Below are positions 28,409 through 38,368 of a stretch of DNA of 39,731 bases, piece by piece (position 1 is the stretch's first letter; each line of letters opens with the position of its first letter). Under the pieces are notes generated by a model. It saw nothing but the letters and a program-made list of their open reading frames with translations, made no database searches and was not told where the DNA came from. Source of the DNA: Spirochaetia bacterium (GTDB taxonomy: Bacteria > Spirochaetota > Spirochaetia > CAKZLE01); NCBI GenBank assembly GCA_021736385.1, contig JAIPFY010000027.1, positions 1 through 39,731 on the forward strand. Direction: 5' to 3'. The translations under genes and the position numbers were made by a program.

Positions 28409-29584
28409 TCACTCAGACTGAAAGGTTCTGGCTTTCTTGATGTCGGCATACCTGCTCCAGGCTCTCTTGAATTCAAGGTAATCCTCCCGCGTCTCAAACA
28501 GCTGAGAGTCATTCCAGAGGACACGCCAGTCACCCTCAGCTTCCGGCCAGAGAAAGACCTGACCCCAGATCAACCGGTTGTTGGCATCAATACCATCGTT
28601 ACCTGGAGTACCATCTCCACAGAGTCGGATCAGCTGATCCGAAGAAAGGAGATCTCTCGTCGCATTTTCAAGATTACTTCTGATCCAGTCTGAACGTGTG
28701 GCCATGGCAACAAACCCACCACTTTTCTGTTCTCTTTGAACAGCCCAGCTCAGACAGACGGTGGGTGGGACAACTCCCAGTTCTCGGGCGATCGCAAGAA
28801 GCGTAGGATCAGCCATATCGTTCCGGTGTTCCTTGAAGGAATCCCTCGCTGGACGATGAGGTGATCCCATAGCCATATACCCCACACAGGTGATATGTTC
28901 AGACTGAAAATACCGCCGCAGTTCATTCTGCTGAAAGAGTGGGTGCATTTCCATCTGATTTACAACCGGTCGCTCATCTGCAGCACAATCCCTGAGGAGC
29001 ATCTGCATAGTACCTTTCGTGTGATTCGATGTACCGATATCCACGATCTTTCCAGCTTTCTTCAGCTTGACAATCTCCTGCCAGGTCTCCATGAACTCTT
29101 CATGGATATACGGGACCGCATTGGGATTCAGGTGATCTGCTGCGCATCCGGGAGTATGCACATTTGGTGATGGCCAATGATTCAGATACAGATCGACCTT
29201 TTCTACCCCCAGAGCTCTCAACGTGCTTTCAAGTGCAGGAGCTACTGACGCTTTTGCCATATGACCATTCCACAGTTTCGCAGTGATGAACAGCTCATCG
29301 ACTGATTCGATATAGCCTCGTTTCAGTGCTTCAGCAATGGCTTGACCGACAATATCTTCATTCTCATAGGCTCGTGCGGTATCAATATGACGCCAACCAA
29401 TCCGAATAGCTTCCAGAGTAGCATCAAACATATAGTCCTGTGCCCAGTCTGAGTGAAACGTCCCGAAAGCGGCAACGGGCATGATATTCCCACTTGCAAG
29501 GGTGACAGTGTGTACTGCAGACGGATCTATGGCTTCAATAGTCTGATCAAAACAGACCTGTTCTACGATATTCTTCTCTAACAT
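28409..29584 (-). CDS. Aldo/keto reductase family oxidoreductase with a C-terminal extension
   Basis: AKR motifs IDTARAYENE and ITAKLWNGHMA (catalytic Y/K). 391 aa against ~300 aa typical. AAGGA SD. Confidence 0.75.
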   Translation of the reverse strand: MLEKNIVEQVCFDQTIEAIDPSAVHTVTLASGNIMPVAAFGTFHSDWAQDYMFDATLEAIRIGWRHIDTARAYENEDIVGQAIAEALKRGYIESVDELFITAKLWNGHMAKASVAPALESTLRALGVEKVDLYLNHWPSPNVHTPGCAADHLNPNAVPYIHEEFMETWQEIVKLKKAGKIVDIGTSNHTKGTMQMLLRDCAADERPVVNQMEMHPLFQQNELRRYFQSEHITCVGYMAMGSPHRPARDSFKEHRNDMADPTLLAIARELGVVPPTVCLSWAVQREQKSGGFVAMATRSDWIRSNLENATRDLLSSDQLIRLCGDGTPGNDGIDANNRLIWGQVFLWPEAEGDWRVLWNDSQLFETREDYLEFKRAWSRYADIKKARTFQSE

Positions 29585-29614
29585 GTTTCTATCCTTATTC
29601 TCGTTGCCGAATAT

Positions 29615-30637
29615 TCAGTCCAGATCGATGAAAACTTTCATAGCTCTATCTTTGGCCTCGTCCAGATAGGCATAAGCTTTCTCATAATCCTCAAAGGCGA
29701 AGTGATCGGTCATCAGCGGTTCCAGTTGAATGGAACCTTTCTCTATGAGTTCGATCGCCTGCATATAATCACAGGTCTGATACATTGCCGTTCCTATCAG
29801 TCGGATCTCATGATCCTGGACCAGACCCAGATCCACCAGCGGCCTGTCGCCAAAAACGCCTACGACTATGATATCCGTCCCTTTCCGGGCATTGGTGATC
29901 GCTGCTTCCATCGTAGATTGTACTCCCACGCATTCCAGAATGAGATCTGCCTTATCACTGCCGAATGCTTTTACAATGGCGTCTCCCAGGTCTTGCCTGC
30001 TCGGGTTGACAGTATGATCAAGCCCTACCTCTTTGGCCAATCCCAGGCGAAAGTCACTCAGATCAGTGATCAGGACTGATTCAGCCCCAAGGCCTTTTGC
30101 AGCCTGCCCCACCAGATTTCCGATAGGACCTGCCCCCATGACCACGATCTTCTTCCCTTTCGGATCAATGGATCTAGAAAGTGCATGACAGGCCACGGCA
30201 ACAGGTTCCACCATGGCTCCTTCATCAGGGGTCATATCATCGGGTAGCTTCAGGACTCGATCAGCATCACAGGTGAAAAACTCACTGGCCATACCGGTAG
30301 TCTGGAACCCCATGACCTTCAGATCATCGCAGATGTGATATGCACCGTGAGTACAGGGATAGCAGATTCCACAGACGACCTGCGGTTGTATGGTCACCAG
30401 ATCACCAACTGCACAATCGGTCACCCCGAAACCGCAATGTTCGATGACTCCAGACACTTCATGTCCTTGCGTCACAGGGTAGGATGTATATGGATGCTTG
30501 CCATGATTCACATGGATGTCACTACCGCAGACACCAATACGCTGTATCTTTATCAACACCTCACCTACTTTAGGCTCAATGATGGGAACATCCTTGAAGA
30601 TGATCTTCCCGGGTTCAGTCATTACTTGTTGTTTCAT
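29615..30637 (-). CDS. Zn-dependent medium-chain polyol/alcohol dehydrogenase (sorbitol/xylitol/L-iditol DH-like)
   Basis: Catalytic Zn ligands (CGSDIHV, GHEVSG), structural Zn cluster (CGICYPC) and a GAGPIGN Rossmann motif. Start at MKQQ has an AGGAGA SD. Confidence 0.85.
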   Translation of the reverse strand: MKQQVMTEPGKIIFKDVPIIEPKVGEVLIKIQRIGVCGSDIHVNHGKHPYTSYPVTQGHEVSGVIEHCGFGVTDCAVGDLVTIQPQVVCGICYPCTHGAYHICDDLKVMGFQTTGMASEFFTCDADRVLKLPDDMTPDEGAMVEPVAVACHALSRSIDPKGKKIVVMGAGPIGNLVGQAAKGLGAESVLITDLSDFRLGLAKEVGLDHTVNPSRQDLGDAIVKAFGSDKADLILECVGVQSTMEAAITNARKGTDIIVVGVFGDRPLVDLGLVQDHEIRLIGTAMYQTCDYMQAIELIEKGSIQLEPLMTDHFAFEDYEKAYAYLDEAKDRAMKVFIDLD

Positions 30638-30655
30638 CTCATTATCTCCTATCAC

Positions 30656-31081
30656 TTATCCATCTGGATTCTCAAGAAACCATCGCTCACCAGCTCCTGA
30701 TTCCAGAATCACATTGGAAAATGCAGTAAAATCTCCTGTCCGAACGGCAAACTTGACATTGCAGCTCATTTCCATCAATCTACTATGTTCTAGGGTTTCC
30801 ACAGGGATCTCTGTTCCCAGGATCTCCCTGACTTTCTGGAATTTACTGGGACTGATCCTTCTTGTCTCATCTGCCATTATGATCCTTTCAGTGGAAAAGT
30901 TCTTTGCGAGTACTTCCAGGACCTGATCGATCAGAGGAAACCCTTCAGAAAGACTCAGATCCACTACCGGTACAGAATCCGGTATAGCAAATCCTGCGTC
31001 ACAGACCATCAAACGGTCATGATGTCCCTGTTCGGATATATATGCTGATAGCTTTCTATTCAATATTCCTAACTCTTTCAT
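30656..31081 (-). CDS. RbsD/FucU-family sugar mutarotase (D-ribose pyranase / L-fucose mutarotase)
   Basis: MKELGILNRKLSAYISEQGHHDRLMVCDAGFAIP matches the RbsD N-terminus (H..D..VVCDAGLPIP). Start chosen at M17 of the track ORF. Confidence 0.7.
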   Translation of the reverse strand: MKELGILNRKLSAYISEQGHHDRLMVCDAGFAIPDSVPVVDLSLSEGFPLIDQVLEVLAKNFSTERIIMADETRRISPSKFQKVREILGTEIPVETLEHSRLMEMSCNVKFAVRTGDFTAFSNVILESGAGERWFLENPDG

Positions 31082-31211
31082 GAAAACACCTGGTATCTTG
31101 TAATTAAATTGAAAATTTACGATAATCATACAGTATCTTCCCGGTTCAACATCCTTTCAGATTCGCGTCCGGAAGAGAACCGGGGAGATACTTTATCATG
31201 AGACCCTCACA

Positions 31212-32207
31212 TTAGAATTTGGGAGGGTTCTTATACATCTGGACACCCTCGACATCAAGGATCGCTACACCGGTATCAACATTGCTCGGAGTATGTCCAA
31301 AGCCTGCATTCGTTGAAGGGACATCTGTAGGATGGTTTGCAGAATAAGCCATGATCATAGCCATATACCCCATGAGGTAGGGATTCTGTCCGACTGTTCC
31401 CTTGATCTCACCGCTCTCAATCAATTCGATGACTGGCATACCAAAATCAAATCCCATGATGGCGACCTGCCCTTCCATCCCAAGGCTCCTGACAGCGGAA
31501 GCGGCACCTGGACCGGGGTTCCCATGTGCTGCGAAGATCCCATTGATATCAGGATTGGCCTGCAGAAGAGCTGTCAGCTGGGTTTCCGCTTTCACAACAT
31601 CCCCTTCATCATTGACGATTGAGACCTTGATCCCATTCCCGTATTTTTCAAGAGCATCTTTGAACCCGTCTACTCGCTGTTTGAGATGATCAGGCCCCGG
31701 GAATGTTGAGACACCGACATGACCTGTCCCAATCCATTCCGCCATGGCTTTACCCGCTTCAAATCCAGCTGCATAGTTATTTGTTCCAGCAAAAGCAAGT
31801 CTATCGCTTTCAGGAGAATCTGAATCAAACGTGATCACAGGAACACCTGCAGCTGTAGCCTTGTTGATAGAGGGTATCATTGTTGCAGCGTCACCGGCAG
31901 TGACCAGAATACCATCGATCCTACGGGCAACCAGCGAATCTATGGCACGAGCTTCCAGTGTAGCATCCCATTCAGCTGGTCCTTGCAACTCAACGCTGAC
32001 ATGCGGTCCGATAGCTCTGGCAGCATCTGACATACCTGCATAACACCAATTGAAAAATTCAGAACCCTTCAGGAACACGACCATAGCATAGGTCTCTTTC
32101 TCCATCTCTTTCTGGCCAGGGACCGTCTGTCCTTCCTTCTGCCCACCTGCGAACACACTTACAGTCAATACTGCAACAAGAATCAATGATAAGATCACTT
32201 TTTTCAT
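31212..32207 (-). CDS. Periplasmic sugar-binding protein (RbsB-like type-I PBP)
   Basis: Signal peptide MKKVILSLILVAVLTVSVFAGG. Start at MKKVI has an AAGGAGGTG SD. Confidence 0.85.
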   Translation of the reverse strand: MKKVILSLILVAVLTVSVFAGGQKEGQTVPGQKEMEKETYAMVVFLKGSEFFNWCYAGMSDAARAIGPHVSVELQGPAEWDATLEARAIDSLVARRIDGILVTAGDAATMIPSINKATAAGVPVITFDSDSPESDRLAFAGTNNYAAGFEAGKAMAEWIGTGHVGVSTFPGPDHLKQRVDGFKDALEKYGNGIKVSIVNDEGDVVKAETQLTALLQANPDINGIFAAHGNPGPGAASAVRSLGMEGQVAIMGFDFGMPVIELIESGEIKGTVGQNPYLMGYMAMIMAYSANHPTDVPSTNAGFGHTPSNVDTGVAILDVEGVQMYKNPPKF

Positions 32208-32257
32208 AAAAAGCACCTCCTTATATTTCTGAACCGACAACGTCGGTTATTCCAGAA

Positions 32258-33234
32258 TCAAACTGCAACCTGCTTCCCCTTCAGAGATTCAGCTGCCAGG
32301 ATCGCCAGTAATAACATCACACCAGTGACGATGTCCTGCCAGTAGGTAGAAATACCCGACATCATGAACGCATTACTCAAAATAGCCATGAATGTGATCC
32401 CAAGGAGTGTGCCGAACATCGTTCCAGTCCCCCCTCGTACCATACTGGTCCCGCCGATCGCTACAGCTGTTATGACTCTCAACTCAGAGCCGATCCCATA
32501 AGAATTATGGGCAGCACCATATTGAGCCGCAGCCAGGATGCCAGCGACCCCAGCAAGAAAGGCAGAAAATCCAAAGACGAACAGAAAGAATCGGTTCACC
32601 TTCAGCCCTGAGAGCATGGCAGCTTTTGGATTATATCCGATGAAATAGACCTGCTGGAAGAATCTATGGTTTTTCAGGAGATATCCCATGCTGAAGATCA
32701 GAACTGCAAAGAACAGGATTGTATAGGGGATGTTGAATAGACGACCTTGCCCAATATTCGTAAAAGCCGTCGAGAACCCTGAGATATTCTCACCCCTGCT
32801 CATGGCTAATGCCAATCCTCGAACTGTCAACATCGTCGCTAAGGTAGCAATGAAAGGATGGACATCGAGTACGATCTTCAGAAATGCATTGAAGAATCCT
32901 ATTGAAGTCGCCACAACGAGAGTGATGAGTATCACCAGAACGATGGGAAGTCCCATATTCAACATGAATCCCGCTAATATCGCCGATAGTGGAAGAACTG
33001 AACTGACCGAGAGATCGATCCCTCCAGAGAGGATGACAAAAGTCATACCAACCGCCATTATCGCTTCAAGTACGAATCCAGTCATAATGACCTCGAAATT
33101 CGCGAATGTCAGAAAATACGGAGAACGCAGTGTCATGCCAGCGATCAAAAGGACTATTACAGCCATCAATGCACTATTATGCAGACCAAAGACCACTGCT
33201 TGTCTTTTACCATACTGTGTTATTCTATCTATCA
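32258..33234 (-). CDS. Sugar ABC permease (RbsC-like), copy 1
   Basis: ~9-10 TM. Start at MIDRITQY (AAGGTG SD). It overlaps the ATPase stop by ~10 nt. Confidence 0.8.
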
Positions 33235-34739
33235 TCGTTAGCACCTTTGCCTGTGGCGTATTTCATGATGTCTTCCTGTGTAAGACGACTGCTACTGTTA
33301 TCCAACTCTCTGGTCAGAACCCCATCGGAGATAACAAGGACCCTGTCACACAGTCCGAGGATCTCGGGTTGTTCAGACGAAATGACGATAACACCTATTC
33401 CCTGATCTGCCAGTTTCCTCAGATAGTTGTGAATATGAGATTTCGCCCCGACATCCACGCCTCTGGTCGGTTCATCGACGATCAGGACTTTTGGATCAGA
33501 ACAGAGCCATTTAGCCAATAGCGCTTTCTGCTGATTCCCCCCACTTAGATTCACAACATGCAAACTGTCGTCTTTTGGTCGGATATCCATCAACTCGATG
33601 AATTCTGCCGCTTTGCTGCTGATCGCGGTATTATCGATGAACCCGAATGCTGATTGAATCTTTTTCAGTGATGCCGAGACGATATTCCATCGGACCGGCA
33701 TGGACTGAAACAATCCGAGTAACTTTCTGTCTTCCGTAACATATCCTATGCCATTCGCTATGGCATCACGGCAATTCTTTATGTGGACTTCTTTTCCATC
33801 CAGTCTGATAGTTCCGGAATCTCTGGGATCAGCTCCGATGATACCTCTGGCGATTTCAGTACGACCTGCGCCAACAAGCCCGGCCATCCCTAGGATCTCA
33901 CCCTTTCTGACCTGAAATGAGATATCGCTATAGACATCGGTACAGCAGAACTTCTCTACATGCATGATGACATCACCGACACGCTTTGATTTCTCCGGAT
34001 AGAGATCATCCATATGACGACCGACCATCTTATGAATGACTTCATCCTGATTAGTCTCCGAAGTCAGCATCGTGTCTATGATCTGCCCATCTCTTAACAC
34101 GGTGATCCTGTCTGATACCTTGAAGACCTCCTGTAATTTATGAGAGATGAATACAATCGCAACATTCTGTTGTTTGAGATTATCGATGATAGAATAGAGA
34201 TATTCGACCTCTTTATCAGAGAGAGAGGAAGTTGGCTCATCCATGATGATCACCTTGGAATCATGGGAAAGTGCTTTTCCGATCTCCACAAGCTGCTGTT
34301 TGGCGACACTGACTGTTCCAGCATCAACCTTCGGATCGATCTCGATTCCCATTTTCTCAAAGACTTCATGTGCCATGGAATAGAGCTTCTCCCATTGGAT
34401 GAACCCCAGAGAGTTCTTTGGCTCTCTATGACAATAGATATTCTGAGCTACAGATATATTCTCAGCTAGACTCAGCTCCTGATGGACGATACTTATTCCG
34501 CTTTGCATTGCTTCTATCGGACTAGTGAACTCTACCTGTTGTCCATTGTAGAGGATAGTCCCACTGTCTTTACTGTAGATCCCACCAATGATTTTCATCA
34601 GAGTAGACTTCCCAGCTCCATTCTCACCGATCAGTGTGTGCACTTCCCCGGGAATGATATCAAATGATACGTCTTTCAGTACTTCATTTCCGGCAAAGGC
34701 TTTGTTTATATTCCTAACTTCCATGACATAGTGGTTCAT
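33225..34739 (-). CDS. Sugar ABC ATP-binding protein with duplicated NBDs (RbsA-like)
   Basis: GENGAGKSTL ... LSGGNQQKALLAKWL. Two NBDs, 504 aa. Confidence 0.9.
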   Translation of the reverse strand: MNHYVMEVRNINKAFAGNEVLKDVSFDIIPGEVHTLIGENGAGKSTLMKIIGGIYSKDSGTILYNGQQVEFTSPIEAMQSGISIVHQELSLAENISVAQNIYCHREPKNSLGFIQWEKLYSMAHEVFEKMGIEIDPKVDAGTVSVAKQQLVEIGKALSHDSKVIIMDEPTSSLSDKEVEYLYSIIDNLKQQNVAIVFISHKLQEVFKVSDRITVLRDGQIIDTMLTSETNQDEVIHKMVGRHMDDLYPEKSKRVGDVIMHVEKFCCTDVYSDISFQVRKGEILGMAGLVGAGRTEIARGIIGADPRDSGTIRLDGKEVHIKNCRDAIANGIGYVTEDRKLLGLFQSMPVRWNIVSASLKKIQSAFGFIDNTAISSKAAEFIELMDIRPKDDSLHVVNLSGGNQQKALLAKWLCSDPKVLIVDEPTRGVDVGAKSHIHNYLRKLADQGIGVIVISSEQPEILGLCDRVLVISDGVLTRELDNSSSRLTQEDIMKYATGKGANDDR

Positions 34740-34742
34740 CTG

Positions 34743-35732
34743 CTAGTCCCTTCTTCCTTTTCTTCTTCGATAAGCATCGACACCTACAGCAACTAGGAGA
34801 ATGATTCCACTCACAGCCTGCTGCCAGTTGGGAGAACCATTCAACAGAACAAAGCCGTTGTTTATAAGTGCTAGAAGGAAGACTCCCAGAACCGCTCCCT
34901 GTATACTGCCTTCCCCACCACTGAAACTCGCACCACCGATAACGGCTGCAGCAATGGCACGCTGTTCAGCGAGAAGTCCGAAACCCGAGAACCCCATGGC
35001 AAGTCGTGAGGTCATAAAGATCGCAGAGATCCCAGCCAGCAACGATGAGAGGATGTATCCTGTCATGATAACAGCTCGTGTATTGATTCCTGAGAGCTCT
35101 GACGCCTCAGGATTGTTTCCGACAAAATACATCTGATGGAAGAAGTTATGCTTCTTCATCATAATCCCTAACAGCACCAGGACGATAACCGCGAAAAAGA
35201 TAGGGATGGGAACAGAGAATACTGATCCTCTGCCGATCGCTACGAAGGCTTCAGGCAGACCAGATAGATAGTACCCTGATGTCAGGACTACTGCCGCTCC
35301 TCTGGCAACTGAATACATGGCTAAGGTCACGATGAAAGGGGCTATTTTGAATCTTGCGATAAAAAAGCCATTCAATGCACCACAGATGACCGAGGTCATC
35401 AAGCCCAACGCTATAGAGAATGGGATGTTCACACCAGCTCTCAATGCCATTCCTGTTATGACACTGGTCAGTGCCAACACAGAACCAACTGACAGATCGA
35501 TCCCCCAGAGGATCAAAGCGAGAGTCAATCCCGCTGCTGTAAATAGATCGAAGACCATACCGTTGAACATCGCCTCAAAATTCTTCCGTGACAAGAACGC
35601 CTCAGGTTTCAACAGTGATAAAACAACGATCACAATCAGGATAACGATCAAAAGACTCACTTCCCGTGTATGCAGCAATGACCTCATCTTTCTGTTTCTA
35701 TCATCTAATGCCATAGGACTGACACTATTCAT
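34743..35732 (-). CDS. Sugar ABC permease (RbsC-like), copy 2
   Basis: 329 aa, ~9-10 TM. AAAGGAGA SD. An AT-rich promoter-like region lies at 35741-35800. Confidence 0.85.
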   Translation of the reverse strand: MNSVSPMALDDRNRKMRSLLHTREVSLLIVILIVIVVLSLLKPEAFLSRKNFEAMFNGMVFDLFTAAGLTLALILWGIDLSVGSVLALTSVITGMALRAGVNIPFSIALGLMTSVICGALNGFFIARFKIAPFIVTLAMYSVARGAAVVLTSGYYLSGLPEAFVAIGRGSVFSVPIPIFFAVIVLVLLGIMMKKHNFFHQMYFVGNNPEASELSGINTRAVIMTGYILSSLLAGISAIFMTSRLAMGFSGFGLLAEQRAIAAAVIGGASFSGGEGSIQGAVLGVFLLALINNGFVLLNGSPNWQQAVSGIILLVAVGVDAYRRRKGRRD

Positions 35733-35789
35733 ACTGTCTCCTTTTTGTATGTATAATATACTTACTTATAATGTGTAATGTATCGTTCT

Positions 35790-36965
35790 CTATAATCGTT
35801 CAGAATGGAAAACATATTGGTCCAGAGCAAGAGAGACAGCACCGACGACCCCCCCATCGATCCCGAGACCAGATAGTTCAATCTGAGTAGAATCTTTTAT
35901 GATATCCATACAGTGTATCTGGAATTCCTGTTTCAATGGAACCAACAGCAGATCTCCAGCATTGGAAAGGCCGCCTCCTATGATGATCTTATCAGGATTG
36001 AATAGATTAGCAGCGATCGCTAAAGCACGTCCCAGATATTTACCTGCATCTTCAAAGATCTGCTTTGCCACTTCGTTACCCTGTAATGCCATCGCAGCCA
36101 CATCCCGCGCCGTCAGCCAATCTGAATCATCGTTATTCAGTCTCCGGTTGGCAGCCTTCTCGATCGCCTGCCCGGATGAAACTGATTCCAGACATCCGGT
36201 CTTACCACAGTCGCAAACTACATCCCGTTTAGTAATATATACGTGCCCGAATTCACTATTCTTCTCATAGATCTTATTCTCGATGACAATGGCAGAACCT
36301 ATCCCATAACCGACATTGACATAAAAGAAATTTCCGGCAGCTACTGCATTACCATACCACTTCTCACCTAAGGCCATCACACGACTGCAATTATCAATGA
36401 CTACAGGAAGTCCGAGTGTATCCTCCAGCATGGTTCCCAAATAGACATCCTTCCAGTTGAAATCAGGAGAAAAGGATATGTACCCTTGATTCTTATCAAG
36501 TAATCCACCGATGGATAATCCCACACCAAGCACCTCGGACTTAGAGACAGCAAATTCCTTTATTAGAGTATCTATCAACTCTATGATCTGTTCTACTATG
36601 GATTTCAGACTGTGATTTCGCCTTGTCGGTATTTTTTGTTTCAAGAGCAATTGCCCTTTAAGGTTCGCGACAGCGACAGTCGTGTTAGTCAGACCAACAT
36701 CTACGCCAAGAACATACATGTGATCACCTGAAAGAGTCAGAAGCCTGGGCTTACGCCCCCCCTGCTTCATAGCGTTCCCTTCACCAGACTCACAGATGAA
36801 TCCTTCAGAGATCAGATCTGTGACGATTGCTGAAATAGTCATCTTACTAAGGTCTAATGAACGGGCAAGTTCAGCTCTGGAAACCTCCCCATGCTTTTTG
36901 AGTTCTCGCAATATCAGGGACCTGTTTAACAATCGCGCATTTTCAGGATCACCTTTTTTTATCAT
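35790..36965 (-). CDS. ROK-family transcriptional regulator (NagC/XylR-like)
   Basis: N-terminal HTH (LNRSLILRELKKHGEVSRAELARSL), then a ROK sugar-kinase fold with a C.C.C zinc motif (CDCGKTGCLE). Start chosen at MIKKGDPEN (AAGAGAGG SD). The track ORF extends 47 aa further, to 37106. Confidence 0.8.
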   Translation of the reverse strand: MIKKGDPENARLLNRSLILRELKKHGEVSRAELARSLDLSKMTISAIVTDLISEGFICESGEGNAMKQGGRKPRLLTLSGDHMYVLGVDVGLTNTTVAVANLKGQLLLKQKIPTRRNHSLKSIVEQIIELIDTLIKEFAVSKSEVLGVGLSIGGLLDKNQGYISFSPDFNWKDVYLGTMLEDTLGLPVVIDNCSRVMALGEKWYGNAVAAGNFFYVNVGYGIGSAIVIENKIYEKNSEFGHVYITKRDVVCDCGKTGCLESVSSGQAIEKAANRRLNNDDSDWLTARDVAAMALQGNEVAKQIFEDAGKYLGRALAIAANLFNPDKIIIGGGLSNAGDLLLVPLKQEFQIHCMDIIKDSTQIELSGLGIDGGVVGAVSLALDQYVFHSERL

Positions 36966-37608
36966 AGTGCCTCTCTTTTGTGTAAGGATACCATACTTAC
37001 TAACTTTGTCAACTTCTTTTTTGTTTTTTTCAAGAGGTTCGTGCATCCTTTCACAGTTCTCTTCAGAACTGCAGTAGGTGTTTAACACATCACCCCACTC
37101 CTGCATAGGCCAGGTATGTCACAGATACCTGAAATTTGAGCTGGCTTGCATACGGACCGCTGCAGCTTTGCTCCCAGCCTCCCGGATTCTACTCATCCCA
37201 AGACAGAGAACAGGAGCGGATCCGATACGTGAGAACAGTACGATCTACGAACTGGCAGCAACAATTTGAAGCCGTCTGTATATCATTCACATAAAACCCG
37301 ATAGATATCGCGGTAGGACCTGCTAAAAGATTTAGACCCAAATACAAACCATCCGCAAGGGGTACAGGTTTTTGATTGATTTCTGCTGACTTCGTTGAAA
37401 AATTGAGACTGCTAAATCTGCAAAGCAGGATATTCACAGGTATGCATTGTCTTTAAATGATCAACAAGTACCTACCCTGCAATTAATTACCGGCACACGC
37501 CTTGTACGTTACGAGAGCCTATGGGGGTGCAGTGTCTTACACGCATACTCTTGAGAACAGTCGTGTTGAGTTTTATCATAATAATCCACAACACTATTGG
37601 AGATTATC

Positions 37609-37776
37609 ATGTACAGCTATACTGACAGGATCCTTTCGATCGCTCCGCTGATCGCCCGCACATCACTTTTTTGGTATCTGGAAGGTTCTCCGTACACTGA
37701 TCAGAGTGATGAGCACTCTCATCAGTGGTGCATCATCGAACAGAGCAGGCCAGGAGAACCACGCATGAGATCATAG
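37609..37776 (+). CDS. Candidate small ORF (55 codons) inside a long noncoding gap
   Basis: GGAGA SD 6 nt before the ATG. Peptide MYSYTDRILSIAPLIARTSLFWYLEGSPYTDQSDEHSHQWCIIEQSRPGEPRMRS. No homology is recognisable. Confidence 0.2.
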   Translation: MYSYTDRILSIAPLIARTSLFWYLEGSPYTDQSDEHSHQWCIIEQSRPGEPRMRS

Positions 37777-38368
37777 GGTCAGATGCTGCAAGCCTGTACA
37801 TGGCGAACAGGTGAATTCTAGAGCCTGAGAAGCGACTCTTCTCCCCCCGGGTAGAGACCTCCAGCCCGAATGACGAAACAGAGCCCCCATACCAGCTGAT
37901 CAACAGGGATTCGGGTGTTTGCACCTGGCAATTATCCATAGTACCAGTACCTTGGCAGCACGCGTGAGCACTACGTGCTGATGGAGATCCACAGAACCCA
38001 GCCGTTCCAGATATCTACAAGCTCTGATCCCGGAACATAAGAATAGATCGCTCTTGAGGTATGTGGATAAACAAAAAATACTGCACGTATATGACACGGG
38101 CAGATACCATCATTGCTCTATGGCTATGGAGAAGACGGTGCAAGCTGCTCTGATGAGATAGTTCATCTTCGGTTCATAGAGCACGGACAGGTACAGGATC
38201 CCCTCTGCCAGACAGACAGGATACCCATCCTGAAGCAGATGACTTCTTTCGGGCACGTCATACCGTCGGCCGATTCACCGGTAGAGCTCTTACCGTATTT
38301 ACATCTTCAGCCATGTACAAACCCCCTGTACATCCGGTACCATACGATCAAGAACCATGGAGGCATAG

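Noticed and set aside
36990-37106. 47-aa N-terminal extension of the ROK regulator (track start 37106) and a T-rich run at 37011-37030
   Set aside because: The extension precedes the HTH by far more than in NagC/XylR-type ROK regulators. The ATG at 36965 has a strong SD, and a TTGACA lies inside the extension. The shorter gene is preferred, but this is not proven.
37107-38368. FMN riboswitch ahead of the flavin-reductase-like gene, or RNase P, tmRNA or SRP RNA in the long gap
   Set aside because: None of the conserved core strings of these RNAs that I can recall are present. I could not run a covariance-model scan.
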